Below, piece by piece: positions 28,401-38,851 of a stretch of DNA of 55,221 nt. A program made the position numbers and the translations under genes. The notes under the pieces are model-generated. The model had not been told where the DNA came from. It ran no database searches and saw only the letters and a list, made by a program, of their open reading frames with translations. The DNA is from an uncultured Bacteroidales bacterium. Its GTDB lineage: Bacteria > Bacteroidota > Bacteroidia > Bacteroidales > DTU049. The stretch is taken from contig CAZKDV010000004.1 in assembly GCA_964551645.1 (NCBI GenBank), forward strand, positions 1 to 55,221, read 5' to 3'. Numbering within the stretch: the stretch's first letter is position 1; the number at the start of each line of letters is the position of its first letter.

Positions 28401-30788
28401 ATTAAAAATTTATACATAGACAAAACTAGTGATGATGCCATAATAACTTTAAACAACTCATTAAGCGTTACAGCTAATGTATTGTTCTTTGGTGGTAAAT
28501 TGAGTTTGGCAGATTACAACTTAACAGTAGAAAATGAAATTCAAGATTATAGTAAAGATAGATATGTAATTACAGAAGGAGAGGGTTCTTTAACACAAAA
28601 TGTTTCTAATAGTGAAGTTGTTGATTTTCCAGTTGGAGACGCTCTAAATTATATGCCTGTTAGTTTATCAACAGTATCTGGAACTTTCCCATATAGCGTA
28701 AGAGTTAAATTGCCATCGGGAACAGTTCCTACAAAATATTATCATTTATTGAGCAAGGTATGGCATATCTCTGGAGGCTTAGGAATAAATCCAGAATTTA
28801 ATTGGACGGCAGGAGTAAACAATTCTCTTGAAACGCCAAATACTTTATTGCGTTATCATATCAATCAATGGGATGATATGGAAATTGCTCCTAATAGCAC
28901 GGCTTTATATTCAGCAAAATATTCGAATATTGCTTGTTGTAGCGAATATAGTGTCGCTGCCAAAAAGAGTGCTCCTCCACTTGATTGTGTCATTAATCCA
29001 ATTCCGACACATAATGAAACTAATGTTTCCATAAATCAAACTATCTCATGGTCGGAAGTTGAAGATGCTGATTATTATGAACTTTATTTTGGAACAATAA
29101 ATCCTCCAATCTTCTATGGAAATATTACAGAAACATCTGTGCAAATAAAATTAGAATATGCAACTACTTACTATTGGAGAGTAATTCCGAAAACAATTAT
29201 TAATGAATCAGGTGATTGCCAAACTTGGCAATTTGAAACAGAGTCTTTACCAGAAGTTAAAAATATAGTTTGGAATGGTTCTGTTAGCAATGATTGGAAT
29301 ACGGCAAATAACTGGACTCCTAATTATGTTCCTCTTGCTGCTTATAATGTAACAATACCTGCATCAAACTTATATATTAATGCTCCAGTAGTTAATGAAT
29401 CTAAACAATTTCCTGCAATATGTAACGATTTAACTATAAACAATACAGCTGAATTAACAATCAATCCAAATAAAGCTTTGACAGTTAATGGAAATCTGGA
29501 TAATAATGGCAAATTGAGCATTAAATCTACAATCATCGGAGATGGTTCTTTAATTGTTGAAGGCAATGTTAGTGGAAACACTTTTTATGTTGAAAGATAT
29601 TTCACCGGAAATTGCTGGCACATGATTTCAAGCCCAATTACTGATGCGAAAGCTGGTATATTTACAAACTTATGGTTGCGTGAATATGACGAATCAACAA
29701 ATGCTTGGGGTGCGTATATTCAAGGCAAAACTACTCCATTGACAACTGGAAAGGGCTTTTTGGTTTGGTCAGCCGAAAGCACAGAAACAAGAACATTTGC
29801 TGGAAAAATTAATACCGGAACAATTTCATTCCCAATACAGTACACAAATAATCCTAATGCAATACCATTTCAAAAAGGTTGGAATTTTGTCGGGAATCCT
29901 TATACTTCTGCAATTAATTGGAATATTGCTAGCGGTTGGGATAAACAATATATCAGCAATACAATATATATTTTCAGTGCTTCGGCAGGTAATTATATAA
30001 CTTGGAATGGATTTGTTGGTGCTGCCGGTAGTGGTAAGATTGCTATGGGGCAAGGTTTCTTTGTTCATGTCATAAACTCTAATTCTGCTATTAGCATTAA
30101 TAACTCTGCTAAAATTCATGATGAAATTCAATTTAGAGCAGCAGAAGAAAAAGAGACTATTTCTCTTAAAATTGAAGGAAATAAATATATAGATGAAACT
30201 TTCTTTGTTGTGCAAAGCGATGTTTCTGACGAGTTTGATTTTCAATATGATGCGTATAAACTTGGCGGAGTGTCTGATGCTCCACAATTATATTCAAAAA
30301 AACAAAATGAAAAACTTGCAGTTAATTCAGTAAATAGCTCATCACAATTGCACGCTAAGACTATCTACCTTGAAGTTGAAGCAGAAACCGAATACTCAAT
30401 AAGCATGAAACATTCATTAAAAGATGATTTCTTGCCATATTTACATGACAGAAAGCTAAATACATATATTCCAGCAAATGAAGTGTATAATTTTATAGCT
30501 TCAGCAAATGATATGAAAGACAGATTTGAAATTGTAAACTATGCTGTTTTAAGTGTAAATGAAGCAGAATTTGAGTCTTTGAAAATTTGGGAACACAACA
30601 ATATTGTGCATATTTCAACTCCTAAACCCGAAGAAGTTAAGTCTGTTACAGTATTTAATGTGCTTGGTGGTGTAGTGTACGAAACTACCGAATTAAACAT
30701 TGACTTGCAACATCTAACAACTGGAGTTTATATTGTGAATGTGAGGACAAATGATAAAAATCAAGTCTATAAGTTTGTAATTAAATAA
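22500..30788 (+). CDS. giant (2762 aa) T9SS-secreted cell-surface protein / putative adhesin
   Basis: Signal/anchor N-terminus; T/S/N/G-rich. It has FN3-like modules (e.g. [34 protein letters not shown]...YWFRVYEYN) and a choice-of-anchor-D-like ASH/PapD module ([27 protein letters not shown]...FKITFDP). A long beta-helix-like G/N-repeat core follows, then the type-A T9SS tail ([28 protein letters not shown]...[21 protein letters not shown]). Confidence 0.9.
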   Translation: MKTIGKLFGFMQFLIIAMLFSGVFSFAYGQYSGIGTFNKITSLTDLTDGYYVIVNSGDASFAMNNTHNGTFLANTSVTPSSGKITNPSPSIVWKIETNGSGRTIYNETTKKYVSYTGSSNNVQVVDAVSTDNQRWTITYGSNVFTFKNVAINTRMLQYNTSSPRFVCYQASSNQQNLLLYKMVAATPTINLSSPSQTAAADITQSSNNNIISHFQAAITTTDATLNSLQFTTTGTYQASDINGNFKLYYSTSSTFGSATQLATVASGVAGAFTFTGLSKAIVSGTTGYFWILLDASATSGGNRTLTVSANPTLTFASGTPTGTITAGGQKTFKTPTTPTITVGSIAAFGNICINTTSDKSYAVSGINLVENIIITSPSGYQIKTGAGSWGTSLTLVQSGGTINSTTIDVRFAPTSVQSYSGNITHTSSGATQSNVAVSGAGVNTPPSVTTVTATSITSESAKSGGSNIDAGCGTISVKGVVWGTSANPTVISNIGKTEDGNTTANYTSSITGLNANTLYHYRAYATNNDGTTSYGTDLTFTTLKNVPTTQASNITFSSVDVSSMNINWTSGNGDKRIVVINTTNSFTNPTDETDPIANATYSGSGQQVVYNGNGNIVTVTGLSQKTTYWFRVYEYNNTGTNTKYLISTAINNPNSEQTIDGPCATENFDNLPTTNGSTYTYRSWTGTDGVTWTAEGARTDEKIDGSMAICFGGSGTKKLNSPTYTGGMGKLTFKYVRAFTGTGTRALEVWVNSNKIDDITVNASSDVVVLYSKDINIGGNVELEIKSTGAQVKIDDISWACYEDTPISEMVVKGNSTIIANGDNTPSLTDHTNFGNIEAALGTIVRTFTIDNIGTGALNLTGTSPYVSISGAHAGDFTVSQAPSTPIAASSSTTFKITFDPSIVGVRTAVVSIANNDSNKNPYTFTIQGTGTNSSLSDIIEDNTIYTSNIDYTLYQAETITNTSHSVSVMRFTIRDGGEGSDSDNLGTELNGITFSVTNIDNIRSAALFDVNTMLANNPTINYSAGTITFSGLSGANFTAPDNGSKSLMFRVSFDNTVTDKSQMQFTISEANANVSGSSFASPNAGGATSSIVGDRNRIEVVADRLNFTQQPSNTTVFANMSPIIVAAVDANNNRDIDFSSSISITSTGTLSGSPVSSNAVGGYATFNELIHTVSATALKLTAQTTGLSYSNSVVSNTFDVIEFAYVNGDYRPLYANVDLSHNGSWEYFNGTTWGATPGNLAPQNAATKPSRVIIDKSGITGGGNSSNSYNDIIIINGGELILDNNANPSADFISVGKKLEIQDGGALIVNGQIRFNSTANFIIRTGGTLTLNSSSIGNSHGFWSGIENFEIGSNFIVLNHRNDGGGTSSLINTSYGAISNNSAGAKFGNLIINFAPSQTWVIMGGGENITLCDNLTITNAGISPIAMFSNTNGPVVTILGDFTHNLGILGLTNTFSGTSTSQTLHINGNLTSNAGTLKLFHSAGGNAGGINVNLKGDLSIASGVTVSNDGIPANCSFNLNGTELQTLNIAPNITGWRFFVKENASVQLAGNDMKLNGNSTITVETGATFDFGFNGTTALKVNQVGGTGNSFTTQQASTLIITSPNGISGVTGGLGNVEGIPTANRIFNQLATFHYKGKENQITGNGLTNASNGKILIVELYNNDISLTLTNGTGITNNTTLSPDGGRLEIKKGILVSDATAPISSTGKLIMSDGTYKIAELTTVPQLTGTYDISGGTIELNGGEGTQTLRAGKDYYSLTFSGGGTKLTSSAITNIGDNNNVNQGLVTIKDDSTILDVGSSTFSGNAGLNMTDNSRFRMKTLNQTLPQLLGDYELVGGTIELYGTSSSQTHSIKGGVTYYNVDINAEEANINATYANVVASSSFAVNGTMSVNNPACFRISANYNISGLGSFIVQDGATFKYAHVDGISYIENVGNIRTANKQFSSEASYGFSGSVSQYAGDGLPTQIKNLYIDKTSDDAIITLNNSLSVTANVLFFGGKLSLADYNLTVENEIQDYSKDRYVITEGEGSLTQNVSNSEVVDFPVGDALNYMPVSLSTVSGTFPYSVRVKLPSGTVPTKYYHLLSKVWHISGGLGINPEFNWTAGVNNSLETPNTLLRYHINQWDDMEIAPNSTALYSAKYSNIACCSEYSVAAKKSAPPLDCVINPIPTHNETNVSINQTISWSEVEDADYYELYFGTINPPIFYGNITETSVQIKLEYATTYYWRVIPKTIINESGDCQTWQFETESLPEVKNIVWNGSVSNDWNTANNWTPNYVPLAAYNVTIPASNLYINAPVVNESKQFPAICNDLTINNTAELTINPNKALTVNGNLDNNGKLSIKSTIIGDGSLIVEGNVSGNTFYVERYFTGNCWHMISSPITDAKAGIFTNLWLREYDESTNAWGAYIQGKTTPLTTGKGFLVWSAESTETRTFAGKINTGTISFPIQYTNNPNAIPFQKGWNFVGNPYTSAINWNIASGWDKQYISNTIYIFSASAGNYITWNGFVGAAGSGKIAMGQGFFVHVINSNSAISINNSAKIHDEIQFRAAEEKETISLKIEGNKYIDETFFVVQSDVSDEFDFQYDAYKLGGVSDAPQLYSKKQNEKLAVNSVNSSSQLHAKTIYLEVEAETEYSISMKHSLKDDFLPYLHDRKLNTYIPANEVYNFIASANDMKDRFEIVNYAVLSVNEAEFESLKIWEHNNIVHISTPKPEEVKSVTVFNVLGGVVYETTELNIDLQHLTTGVYIVNVRTNDKNQVYKFVIK

Positions 30789-30800
30789 ATGAAAAAAGCG

Positions 30801-30829
30801 AAAGGCTGTCGTAAAGGGCAGCCTTTTTT
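30801..30829 (+). terminator. rho-independent terminator of the giant surface-protein gene
   Basis: AAAGGCTGTC-GTAAAG-GGCAGCCTTT followed by a T-run, 13 nt after the stop. Confidence 0.75.
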
Positions 30830-30870
30830 ATTGCACATTGATTATCAAATTTGATTGTTGAAATAGAGCA

Positions 30871-32169
30871 TTAATCTTGATTTGTGTAATGTTTAATAAT
30901 TTTCTCAATATTGTATTTGCAGACTTCGCAAAAGTGATTATATGTAACTGACTTCATTGTGCAATCAAATGCAGGTCTGTACATGCCTTTTTCGTAATAC
31001 CCTGCTCCTTCATATACTCCTACAGGATATTTGAGCATTAGCTTATTTGGAGTTGGAATTGGCGTATCTTTTTCGAGCATATTTTTCCATTTGCTTTCAA
31101 AGTTCACCAAGTTCGTAATGTTTTCTTCCCACGGCTCAATGTTCAAGTCGTGATACGATTCAACGCTTACTTCAGAAGTGTAGTATTCGTCAGCTAATCC
31201 AGCAAAAGAGTGTCCCGTTTCGTGTATAAGAAGAAAATCGGAATTGGAATTATCAGCAGAACATGTAGCATAAAAATTGTATATTCCACCACCGCCATAA
31301 TGTTGTGTATTAACCAAAATGACAATATTGTCATAAGGAACTTGTGATGCAATATTTATCAAGTCAAAATAGTTTTTTGTCATTAAATATCTTTCACTAT
31401 CAAATGTATTAAAATTTGTCTGTAATGCAGTATGCTTATTAAATGTATTAAATTGAAGATTAGAAGATTCAGATGCGGTAAACACAGCATAAATATTGAT
31501 TTTATCTTTGTATTTGTCATAAGGAGAGCATTCTAATAGATATGATGTAAACCTTTTTGCATCATTAAAAAATTTATCAATATCATGTTTTGTATATGCG
31601 TCAGCAACAAAAACCACATCAAAAGAATTTTCAGGTTTGCCAGAGTAATAAATTGTTTTAATAAAATTTGAATCTAATTTGTGTAAACTATTATCAATAA
31701 AATAGTTAGTGTTTGGATTAAAAAATAGAGATAATTGTTGTTCCCATTTATTGAATTTATCTCTTTTTAAAAAAGTAATCTTTACCGTTTTTTTTGGAAA
31801 AGGGATTTTAAGACTTTCCTCAAAATTTTCATTATTTTTAATTCTTCCTTTTTCGGTATAAATAAATTCTTGAAATAATGAAGAATACCCATATTTGAAT
31901 ATTAATTTATTTGTTAAACTGTCGAATACTTCAATAGCGTAATCGCCATAATCAAAAGTTGGTATAGTTTTTTGCTTATTTCCACTCCAGAATGATTCTT
32001 TTTTAAATTCAAATAAATCAATTTGCTCCTTATCAATCATTCCGCTTCTATAATAATCAACTCTAAGTGCCTGTTGAGTAAAGTATTCGTCAAAAGCTAT
32101 CTGACTTGAAGTGCAAATAGGAATAAGTATAAATACAAATAAAGTAATGTATTTGTTAAGTGAAAACAT
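30871..32169 (-). CDS. M64-family (IgA-peptidase-like) zinc metallopeptidase
   Basis: Signal peptide, LRVDYYRSG N-terminal domain motif, and LIHETGHSFAGLADEY (HExxH plus downstream Glu) characteristic of family M64. Confidence 0.85.
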   Translation of the reverse strand: MFSLNKYITLFVFILIPICTSSQIAFDEYFTQQALRVDYYRSGMIDKEQIDLFEFKKESFWSGNKQKTIPTFDYGDYAIEVFDSLTNKLIFKYGYSSLFQEFIYTEKGRIKNNENFEESLKIPFPKKTVKITFLKRDKFNKWEQQLSLFFNPNTNYFIDNSLHKLDSNFIKTIYYSGKPENSFDVVFVADAYTKHDIDKFFNDAKRFTSYLLECSPYDKYKDKINIYAVFTASESSNLQFNTFNKHTALQTNFNTFDSERYLMTKNYFDLINIASQVPYDNIVILVNTQHYGGGGIYNFYATCSADNSNSDFLLIHETGHSFAGLADEYYTSEVSVESYHDLNIEPWEENITNLVNFESKWKNMLEKDTPIPTPNKLMLKYPVGVYEGAGYYEKGMYRPAFDCTMKSVTYNHFCEVCKYNIEKIIKHYTNQD

Positions 32170-32186
32170 GGGTTTAGGTTTAATTT

Positions 32187-33554
32187 TTAAATATTTTTTT
32201 CTCTAACTATCAATTGCATGTTTTGATAATCAATAATTGTAACTGTTTTATTTCTTTCAATATAGCTGGTTTCTGCAATTGCATCATAATAAGTGTTGTC
32301 TATTATTATTCTGCCTGAAGGTCTTAAAATTGTTGCAGTTATAGCATCAAGTCCAATAAATGCTTTCAGTTCCGAGTCGGAAGCCGTATAACCAGCATCA
32401 GTTGTTTCTTCGGTTTTAAGAGCAAGATGCCCAAGAAATTGTGTTTTTAAAACTTTTTGAGCAGTATAAAAGGAGCCAATCAATCCTAAAAACATGGCAA
32501 ACAAAACTAAGGTAAACGCTTTGCCGAGTTCTCCAAAATTACTTTTAGAAACGATAAACCCATCACTTTCAACTAATCCAAAAGCTAAGGAAGAAATTAT
32601 CATAATTATTCCAATGATGCCAATAACTCCGAATCCCGGGATAAGAAATACTTCAATTCCCAATAGAATAACACCTATGATAAAGACGATGATTTCCCAA
32701 TTTGAGGCAAATCCTTGTATGTATAAGGGGGCAAAAAATAATAAAGCAGCGATTATTGCAGCAATTAGTGGAAATCCTATTCCGGGAGTTTGGAGTTCAA
32801 AATATATACCTCCGATTATCACCATAATTAATAAACCACTAATTAATGGGTTGATTAAAAATCTCGTTATTCTGTCAAGTCCGCTAAGTTCTTGTTTGAT
32901 AATTTCATATTTTTTGATTTTGGCAATTTGAAAAATTTCATCAATTGTTTCTGCTTCTCCTTCACAATAATTTAGTGCAATTGCTTCTTTTACCGTAAGC
33001 GTTAATACTTTTCCAGAATCTGAAATATTTGGGATATACACATCTGGATCAACCATTGCTTGTGCAATATTTGGGTCGCGACTTTTTACTTCGGCAGTTG
33101 ACCGCATCATTGACCGCATATATGATTGATATTTATCGGGTAAAGCTTCAGCATCTTGCGTTACAACTGTTGCTGCTCCAATATTTGAGCCTTTACGCAT
33201 ATATATGCTGTCGCAAGCAATTGAAATTAATGCTCCAGCTGATGCTGCATTATTATCAATATATACCCAAACAGGAATTTTGGAGTTGAGGATACTTGTT
33301 CTTATAGAGTCTGCCATATCTACTGCACCTCCGTATGTGTTCATGTGAATTAATATTAAATCAGCATTGACCTTTTTTGCTTCTTTAAATGCCTTTTGAG
33401 TGTTATACCATGCAGGTTTTGCAATTTCTTCTTTTATTTCAAAAACATACACTTTAACTGGTTTATTATTAGTGTCTTGTGCATAAATAGAGTATGTGCA
33501 AAATATAACTATTGATAAAATGGCAAATATTTTAAAAAAATTATTCATATTCAT
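32187..33554 (-). CDS. NfeD-family membrane-bound ClpP-class serine protease (long form)
   Basis: Signal peptide; S49/ClpP-like domain (LILIHMNTYGGAVDMADSI...NNAASAGALISIACDSIYM...GAATVV); four to five TM helices; C-terminal OB-fold segment (ILRPSGRIIIDNTYYDAIAE). Confidence 0.85.
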   Translation of the reverse strand: MNMNNFFKIFAILSIVIFCTYSIYAQDTNNKPVKVYVFEIKEEIAKPAWYNTQKAFKEAKKVNADLILIHMNTYGGAVDMADSIRTSILNSKIPVWVYIDNNAASAGALISIACDSIYMRKGSNIGAATVVTQDAEALPDKYQSYMRSMMRSTAEVKSRDPNIAQAMVDPDVYIPNISDSGKVLTLTVKEAIALNYCEGEAETIDEIFQIAKIKKYEIIKQELSGLDRITRFLINPLISGLLIMVIIGGIYFELQTPGIGFPLIAAIIAALLFFAPLYIQGFASNWEIIVFIIGVILLGIEVFLIPGFGVIGIIGIIMIISSLAFGLVESDGFIVSKSNFGELGKAFTLVLFAMFLGLIGSFYTAQKVLKTQFLGHLALKTEETTDAGYTASDSELKAFIGLDAITATILRPSGRIIIDNTYYDAIAETSYIERNKTVTIIDYQNMQLIVREKNI

Positions 33555-33629
33555 GTTTTTTACAAAGTTACCTATTTTTATTACAAAATTATATTCTCTG
33601 CTTTATGAAAACTGTTGTGCTTTTTTGAG

Positions 33630-33637
33630 TAATTTTG
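33630..33637 (+). promoter_or_regulatory. Bacteroidota-type -7 box TAATTTTG
   Basis: 15 nt upstream of ATG 33653. It overlaps the TTG that the ORF track used as start. Confidence 0.45.
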
Positions 33638-33652
33638 CAAAAATTTTCAAAT

Positions 33653-34546
33653 ATGGCTTATATTACTAAAGAAAAACCTTTTTCCAAAGCTTGGCTAATA
33701 GCATATTCTCTGATTATAGTTGGAACTTGCATTATGGCAGTTGGATTTGTGTTTTTTATTTCTCCCTACAAATTAGCTCCCGGAGGAGTTTACGGTATTG
33801 CTATAGTTTTGCATCACTTGTTTGGCTTGCCAATAGGTTTGACAGGTTTAGCTCTCGATATTCCCATTACTTTGCTTGGAATTAGATTGCTTGGACCACG
33901 ATTCGGAGCAAAAACTGTATTAGGTTTTATTCTATTATCGGCTTTTATCAGCTTATTTGAGTTTACATGGGGATATCTGCCACTTGTTGAGGACGATGCT
34001 CTTTTGTCTTCAATATTTGGTGGGGTTTTGATAGGTGCAGGTTTAGGTTTAATTTTCAAATCAAAAGCAAGCTCGGGCGGTACCGATGTGATAGCGATGA
34101 TTGTTACCAAATACACCAAAATGCCTATAGGCAAAGTTTTGATATTGGTTGACGCTCTTATAGTTTTAATTGCTTTAGTTGCTTTTGAAGTTTGGAGTAT
34201 TCCGTTATATTCGTGGATAGTGATTTTTGTTACTGGCAAAGTGGTTGATGTGGTTCTGCAAGGTATGGCATACGATAAAGCATTAATAATTATTTCAGAT
34301 AAACATGAATTAATAAGAAATAAAATAATTAATGATTTACAAAGAGGTGGCACATACATCAATGGAAAGGGAATGTATAATGAACAAGATAAAAAATTAA
34401 TTTTTACTGTCGTAAACAGAAGAGAAGTTGCTATGTTGCAAGAATTTATATATAAAATTGACCCTAATGCTTTTATGACTATACTTGATGCGTCTGAAAT
34501 AATTGGTGAAGGTTTTAAATCTTTTGAGGAAAAACTTAGCACATAA
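33653..34546 (+). CDS. YitT-family membrane protein (DUF161 repeats + DUF2179)
   Basis: Polytopic membrane protein with GGVYGIAIVLHH and SSGGTDVIAMIV motifs and a soluble C-terminal domain (LIFTVVNRREVAMLQEFIYKIDPNAFMTI). Start moved to the first ATG. Confidence 0.85.
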   Translation: MAYITKEKPFSKAWLIAYSLIIVGTCIMAVGFVFFISPYKLAPGGVYGIAIVLHHLFGLPIGLTGLALDIPITLLGIRLLGPRFGAKTVLGFILLSAFISLFEFTWGYLPLVEDDALLSSIFGGVLIGAGLGLIFKSKASSGGTDVIAMIVTKYTKMPIGKVLILVDALIVLIALVAFEVWSIPLYSWIVIFVTGKVVDVVLQGMAYDKALIIISDKHELIRNKIINDLQRGGTYINGKGMYNEQDKKLIFTVVNRREVAMLQEFIYKIDPNAFMTILDASEIIGEGFKSFEEKLST

Positions 34547-34584
34547 GTTTTAAATGCTACTCTAAATCTAAAATAAGATTGTTT

Positions 34585-36189
34585 ATGAATAAAGAATACA
34601 GAACAAACTTACACTTCATTTTTTATGCAGTAGCAATTGCTGTGGGAGTGTGGATTGGAGTTTTTATAAATGGAAATACAAAATTAAAAAACCACAATAT
34701 TCAAAACAAATATTGGAAACTGAATGATGTTCTTGATTATGTGAATGAAAATTATGTAGATAGCATAGATGCCAATGTAGTTATTGAGGAAACTTTATCT
34801 TCTATTTTATTGTATTTAGACCCACATTCAAGCTATATTTCATTAGAAGAATTTCAGCTTATTAATGAGCAAATGTCGGGCAATTTTGAAGGGATAGGCA
34901 TTCAGTTTAGAATAGAAAAAGATACAGTATTGGTTGTGCATACAATTCCAAATGGACCATCAGAAAAAACAGGTATTTTAGCCGGAGATAGAATTGTTGA
35001 AGTAGATGGAGAAGGCATAGCAGGAATAGGAATTAGCAATACGGAAGTGATGAAGAAGCTAAAAGGAAAGAAAGGGAGCAAAGTTCAAATAAAAATTCAA
35101 AGACGAAATGTAGTAGATGTTCTTGACTTCACAATTGCAAGAGATGTTATTCCAACTTATAGCATAGATTACTCGGATATGCTTTCGCAAAATATAGGTT
35201 ATATCAAATTAAGTGCATTTAATTTACATTCAGATATTGAGTTTAAAGATGCTTTGAATGGTTTAATGAAAAAAGGAATGAAAAGTTTGATTTTCGACTT
35301 ACGCGGAAACGGTGGTGGCTCTCTTGAAGTTTGTATTCGTATTTTAGACAATTTCTTTGATTCAAATGAGTTATTGGTATATACACAAGGACTTAATCGA
35401 AATCGTAGAGATTATCTTTCGAGCAAAAAAGGAAGTTTTAAAGATGGAAAGATAGTTGTTTTAGTTGATGAGTTTTCTGCTTCTGCAAGTGAAATTGTTG
35501 CCGGTGCCATTCAAGACCACGATAGAGGTGTAATCATTGGAAGACGAACATTTGGCAAAGGTTTAGTGCAAGAACAAATTGCCTTAAAAGACGGTTCTGC
35601 CATAAGACTAACTGTTGCCAGATATTATACTCCTCTGGGACGCTCAATTCAAAGAAATTATGAAAGAGGTTTTAAGCAGTATTATGAAGATTTATTGTTC
35701 AGAATGGAAAATGAGGATTTAATTAGCGAAGAAAATAAAGATACGGTTAAATATGTTACAAAATCAGGTAAAACCTTGTATGGTGGCGGAGGCATAACTC
35801 CTGATGTTATCGTTAAACAGCCTGATTTATATAATGACGAACATGCAAAAATTTTCCTTGCTCATCTACATTCTTTTACATTTGAATATACTGATGTCAA
35901 TAGATATAATCTACAGAATAAATATAAAAACTCACAAGATTTTATTTCTAACTTTGAAATAACTCCACAACTTTGGCAAGAATATATGAGCTTTATCAAA
36001 AATGCTATTGATAAAGATGTGCAAACATCATCGGCAAATTTATCTTTGTCCAATCGAACATATATCAACACTTTATTAAAAGCAGGCATAGGACGCAATC
36101 TTTACGATTATGATTGCTACTATTCTATCATCAGAGAGGCAGATGAGATGCTTATAGAAGCAATTAAATATTTGAAAACAGCAAAATAG
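34585..36189 (+). CDS. S41-family C-terminal processing peptidase with PDZ domain
   Basis: FEGIGIQF..., PDZ (SEKTGILAGDRIVEVDG), LIFDLRGNGGGSL, VLVDEFSASASEIVAGAIQD, GRRTFGKG are Ctp/Prc signatures. Confidence 0.9.
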   Translation: MNKEYRTNLHFIFYAVAIAVGVWIGVFINGNTKLKNHNIQNKYWKLNDVLDYVNENYVDSIDANVVIEETLSSILLYLDPHSSYISLEEFQLINEQMSGNFEGIGIQFRIEKDTVLVVHTIPNGPSEKTGILAGDRIVEVDGEGIAGIGISNTEVMKKLKGKKGSKVQIKIQRRNVVDVLDFTIARDVIPTYSIDYSDMLSQNIGYIKLSAFNLHSDIEFKDALNGLMKKGMKSLIFDLRGNGGGSLEVCIRILDNFFDSNELLVYTQGLNRNRRDYLSSKKGSFKDGKIVVLVDEFSASASEIVAGAIQDHDRGVIIGRRTFGKGLVQEQIALKDGSAIRLTVARYYTPLGRSIQRNYERGFKQYYEDLLFRMENEDLISEENKDTVKYVTKSGKTLYGGGGITPDVIVKQPDLYNDEHAKIFLAHLHSFTFEYTDVNRYNLQNKYKNSQDFISNFEITPQLWQEYMSFIKNAIDKDVQTSSANLSLSNRTYINTLLKAGIGRNLYDYDCYYSIIREADEMLIEAIKYLKTAK

Positions 36190-36375
36190 TTGTGTTTCTA
36201 CTAACAACCTTTGATTGTTATTAAAGCTAATAAATATCATAGTTTAGGAGGTTTATAGCATTAAAAATGTCTATTAAGCTAAATTTTTGGAATAATATAT
36301 GGAAGCTGACTGGCGAAATAATTTGACACTAAGCGATTTCAAAAAACCATTTTATTATTAATTTGATAAAACATG

Positions 36376-36383
36376 TAACTTTG
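36376..36383 (+). promoter_or_regulatory. Bacteroidota-type -7 box TAACTTTG
   Basis: 20 nt upstream of ATG 36404. Confidence 0.5.
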
Positions 36384-36403
36384 CAAACTAAATATTTCAC
36401 TTT

Positions 36404-38851
36404 ATGAAAGTTTCATATAATTGGCTTAAAGAATTTGCTGATATTAGTTTGACTCCACAAGAATTATCTGTTTGCTTGACAGACTGTGGGCTTGAAGTTG
36501 AAGAGCTTACGTATTGGCAAAGTGTTAAAGGAGGACTTGAAGGAGTTGTAATCGGAAAAGTTTTGTCTAAAGAAAAACATCCAAATGCTGATAAATTAAG
36601 CCTAACTCAGGTTGATATTGGAGCTTCGGCTCCGTTGCAAATTGTTTGTGGAGCGCCTAATGTTGATGCCGGTCAAATTGTTGTAGTGGCTACTATTGGA
36701 ACAATATTGTATAAGGAAGAACAGACTTTTGAAATAAAACAAGCAAGAATTAGAGGAATTGAGTCTTTTGGAATGATTTGCTCCGAAGACGAACTCGGAA
36801 TAGGCAATTCTCACGATGGAATTATGGTATTAACAGATAGCGTTGAAGTTGGTACTCTCGCAAAGGATTATTTTGAAATCACTGAGGATTGGATTTTTAC
36901 AATTGGATTGACTCCAAATAGAATTGATGCTGCCTCTCATATCGGAGTTGCCAGAGATATTGTTGCTGCTTTAAACACTAAAAACTCAACTAAAATTACA
37001 CTCAAAGAAAAAAGCATTTCTGATTTTGTTGAGAATGAATCAAATCCCGTAAGTATAGAAATAGCAAATACAGAAGCATGTCCAAGATATAGCGGCATTA
37101 CAATTAGTGGAATTAAAATTGCTCCTTCGCCAAAGTGGTTGTCAGATAGAGTTACTTCACTCGGAATGCGACCAATTAATAATATAGTTGATATTACTAA
37201 CTATGTTATGTTTGAATTAGGACAACCTCTTCACGCTTTCGATATGGCACACTTGACAGGAAAAAAGATTGTTGTTAGAACATTTGAGAAAGAAACCCCT
37301 TTTCTTTGCCTTGATGAGGTTGAAAGAAAAATAAGTACCGAAGATTTAATGATTTGCAATGCAGAAGAAGGTATGTGTATTGCTGGTGTTTTTGGCGGAC
37401 TTAAATCAGGAGTTACAGAAAGCACTACCGATGTTTTTATTGAAAGTGCATACTTTAATCCACGCTATGTCAGAAAAACTTCTAACAGGCATGCACTTAA
37501 AACAGAATCATCATTTAGATTTGAAAGAGGCACAAATCCAAGTACAACAATTGAAGTATTAAAAAGAACAGTTCAGCTAATACTTGATATTGCAGGAGGC
37601 ACAGTTTCATCTCCAATTTATGATGTTTATCCAAAACCTATTCACAAAACTGAAATAAAACTTGAGTTTGATTATGTGCAAAAAATTATAGGTTTTTCCA
37701 TACCTACAGAAATTCAAAAGCAAATTTTGATTGATTTAGACTTTGAAATTACGCACTTTGATGATAAATATGCCATTGTGCTTACTCCTCTCAGTAAAGT
37801 TGATGTAAACAGACCAATTGATGTTGTTGAAGAAATATTACGCATTTATGGATATAATCATATTCCTTTTTCAGATTTAATGAAAACAAGTTTGAATGTT
37901 TCTATAAAACCTAATCCATATAAATTGCAAAATATAGTTTCTGACATGCTTGTTTCAAATGGTTTTTATGAATTAATGACAAACTCTCTAACTAATGCTT
38001 CGTATTACAAAAACACTACAAATGACGATTTAGTTCATGTCTTAAACCCATTGAGCAAAGAATTAAATGTTATGCGTAAAGATATGCTTTATTCCGGCAT
38101 AGAAGCTATTGTTCATAATATTAACCGCAAACAACATAATCTAAAGTTTTTTGAATTTGGGAAAATTTACAAAAAAGTTATTTCACCAAAAACTGAAAGT
38201 CTTAATAATAAATACGCTGAAGGAAACAGATTAGTGCTATTTATTACTGGCTCCGATAATCCTATTAATTGGAAACATCAAACTGCTGATACAGACTTTT
38301 ATTATTTGAAAGAATATGTTAATACAATTTTAAAAAAATTTAATGTTGAAACTCAGTTACAATCAGAGCAATCGTCTTCCGAACTTTTTACATACGGATT
38401 ATCATATAAACTAAAGAGTAAAAAAAGCATCATTGCTGAATTAGGAAAAGTGTCAGAAAATCATCTTGCACTTTTTGATTGTAAGCAAGAAGTATTTTAT
38501 GCTAATATCAATTGGGATTTATTGATAGAAATGTATGCAGAAATAGGAGCAAACATTAGTGAACCTCCCAAATATCCCGAAGTTCATAGAGATATTGCAA
38601 TGTTGTTAGATAAAGATATTCAGTATCAGCAAGTATATGATATAGTAATGGCAAATGGCGGAGGCATTGTGCAATCGGTATCTCTATTCGATGTATATCA
38701 AGGTAAAAACATACCTGAAGGAAAAAAATCTTATGCAATAAATATTATACTTCAACATAGCGAAAAAACTCTTTCGGATAAAGAAACTGAAATAATTATT
38801 AATAAAATAAAGAAAACTTTTGAAATATCTCTGAACGCAACTATCAGATAA
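36404..38851 (+). CDS. pheT: phenylalanine--tRNA ligase beta subunit
   Basis: MKVSYNWLKEF... N-terminus, tRNA-binding OB domain (KHPNADKLSLTQVDIG...QIVCGAPN), B3/4, B5 and FDX-ACB domains; 815 aa. Confidence 0.97.
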   Translation: MKVSYNWLKEFADISLTPQELSVCLTDCGLEVEELTYWQSVKGGLEGVVIGKVLSKEKHPNADKLSLTQVDIGASAPLQIVCGAPNVDAGQIVVVATIGTILYKEEQTFEIKQARIRGIESFGMICSEDELGIGNSHDGIMVLTDSVEVGTLAKDYFEITEDWIFTIGLTPNRIDAASHIGVARDIVAALNTKNSTKITLKEKSISDFVENESNPVSIEIANTEACPRYSGITISGIKIAPSPKWLSDRVTSLGMRPINNIVDITNYVMFELGQPLHAFDMAHLTGKKIVVRTFEKETPFLCLDEVERKISTEDLMICNAEEGMCIAGVFGGLKSGVTESTTDVFIESAYFNPRYVRKTSNRHALKTESSFRFERGTNPSTTIEVLKRTVQLILDIAGGTVSSPIYDVYPKPIHKTEIKLEFDYVQKIIGFSIPTEIQKQILIDLDFEITHFDDKYAIVLTPLSKVDVNRPIDVVEEILRIYGYNHIPFSDLMKTSLNVSIKPNPYKLQNIVSDMLVSNGFYELMTNSLTNASYYKNTTNDDLVHVLNPLSKELNVMRKDMLYSGIEAIVHNINRKQHNLKFFEFGKIYKKVISPKTESLNNKYAEGNRLVLFITGSDNPINWKHQTADTDFYYLKEYVNTILKKFNVETQLQSEQSSSELFTYGLSYKLKSKKSIIAELGKVSENHLALFDCKQEVFYANINWDLLIEMYAEIGANISEPPKYPEVHRDIAMLLDKDIQYQQVYDIVMANGGGIVQSVSLFDVYQGKNIPEGKKSYAINIILQHSEKTLSDKETEIIINKIKKTFEISLNATIR

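Noticed and set aside
22783-30287. Many 60-153-aa ORFs in other frames or antisense inside the 8.3-kb surface-protein gene
   Set aside because: They are a compositional by-product of a long T/S/N/G-rich ORF. All are nested in one uninterrupted 2762-codon frame that has a signal peptide and a CTD.
32494-32931. 145-aa ORF antisense to nfeD
   Set aside because: It lies opposite the TM-helix region of NfeD. The hydrophobic mirror-frame artefact has no independent start context.
33814-34542. 242-aa ORF antisense to the YitT-family gene
   Set aside because: The + strand product has clear YitT/DUF2179 signatures and a promoter box. The antisense translation is low-complexity (S/I/K/P-rich) with no motif. 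It is typical shadow ORF behaviour in AT-rich DNA.
36267-36326. 19-codon ORF preceded by AGGAGG upstream of pheT, as a possible Phe-attenuator leader peptide
   Set aside because: It has only one Phe codon and no terminator/antiterminator hairpins downstream. Bacteroidota do not generally use SD-led initiation, and pheT has its own -7 box at 36376.
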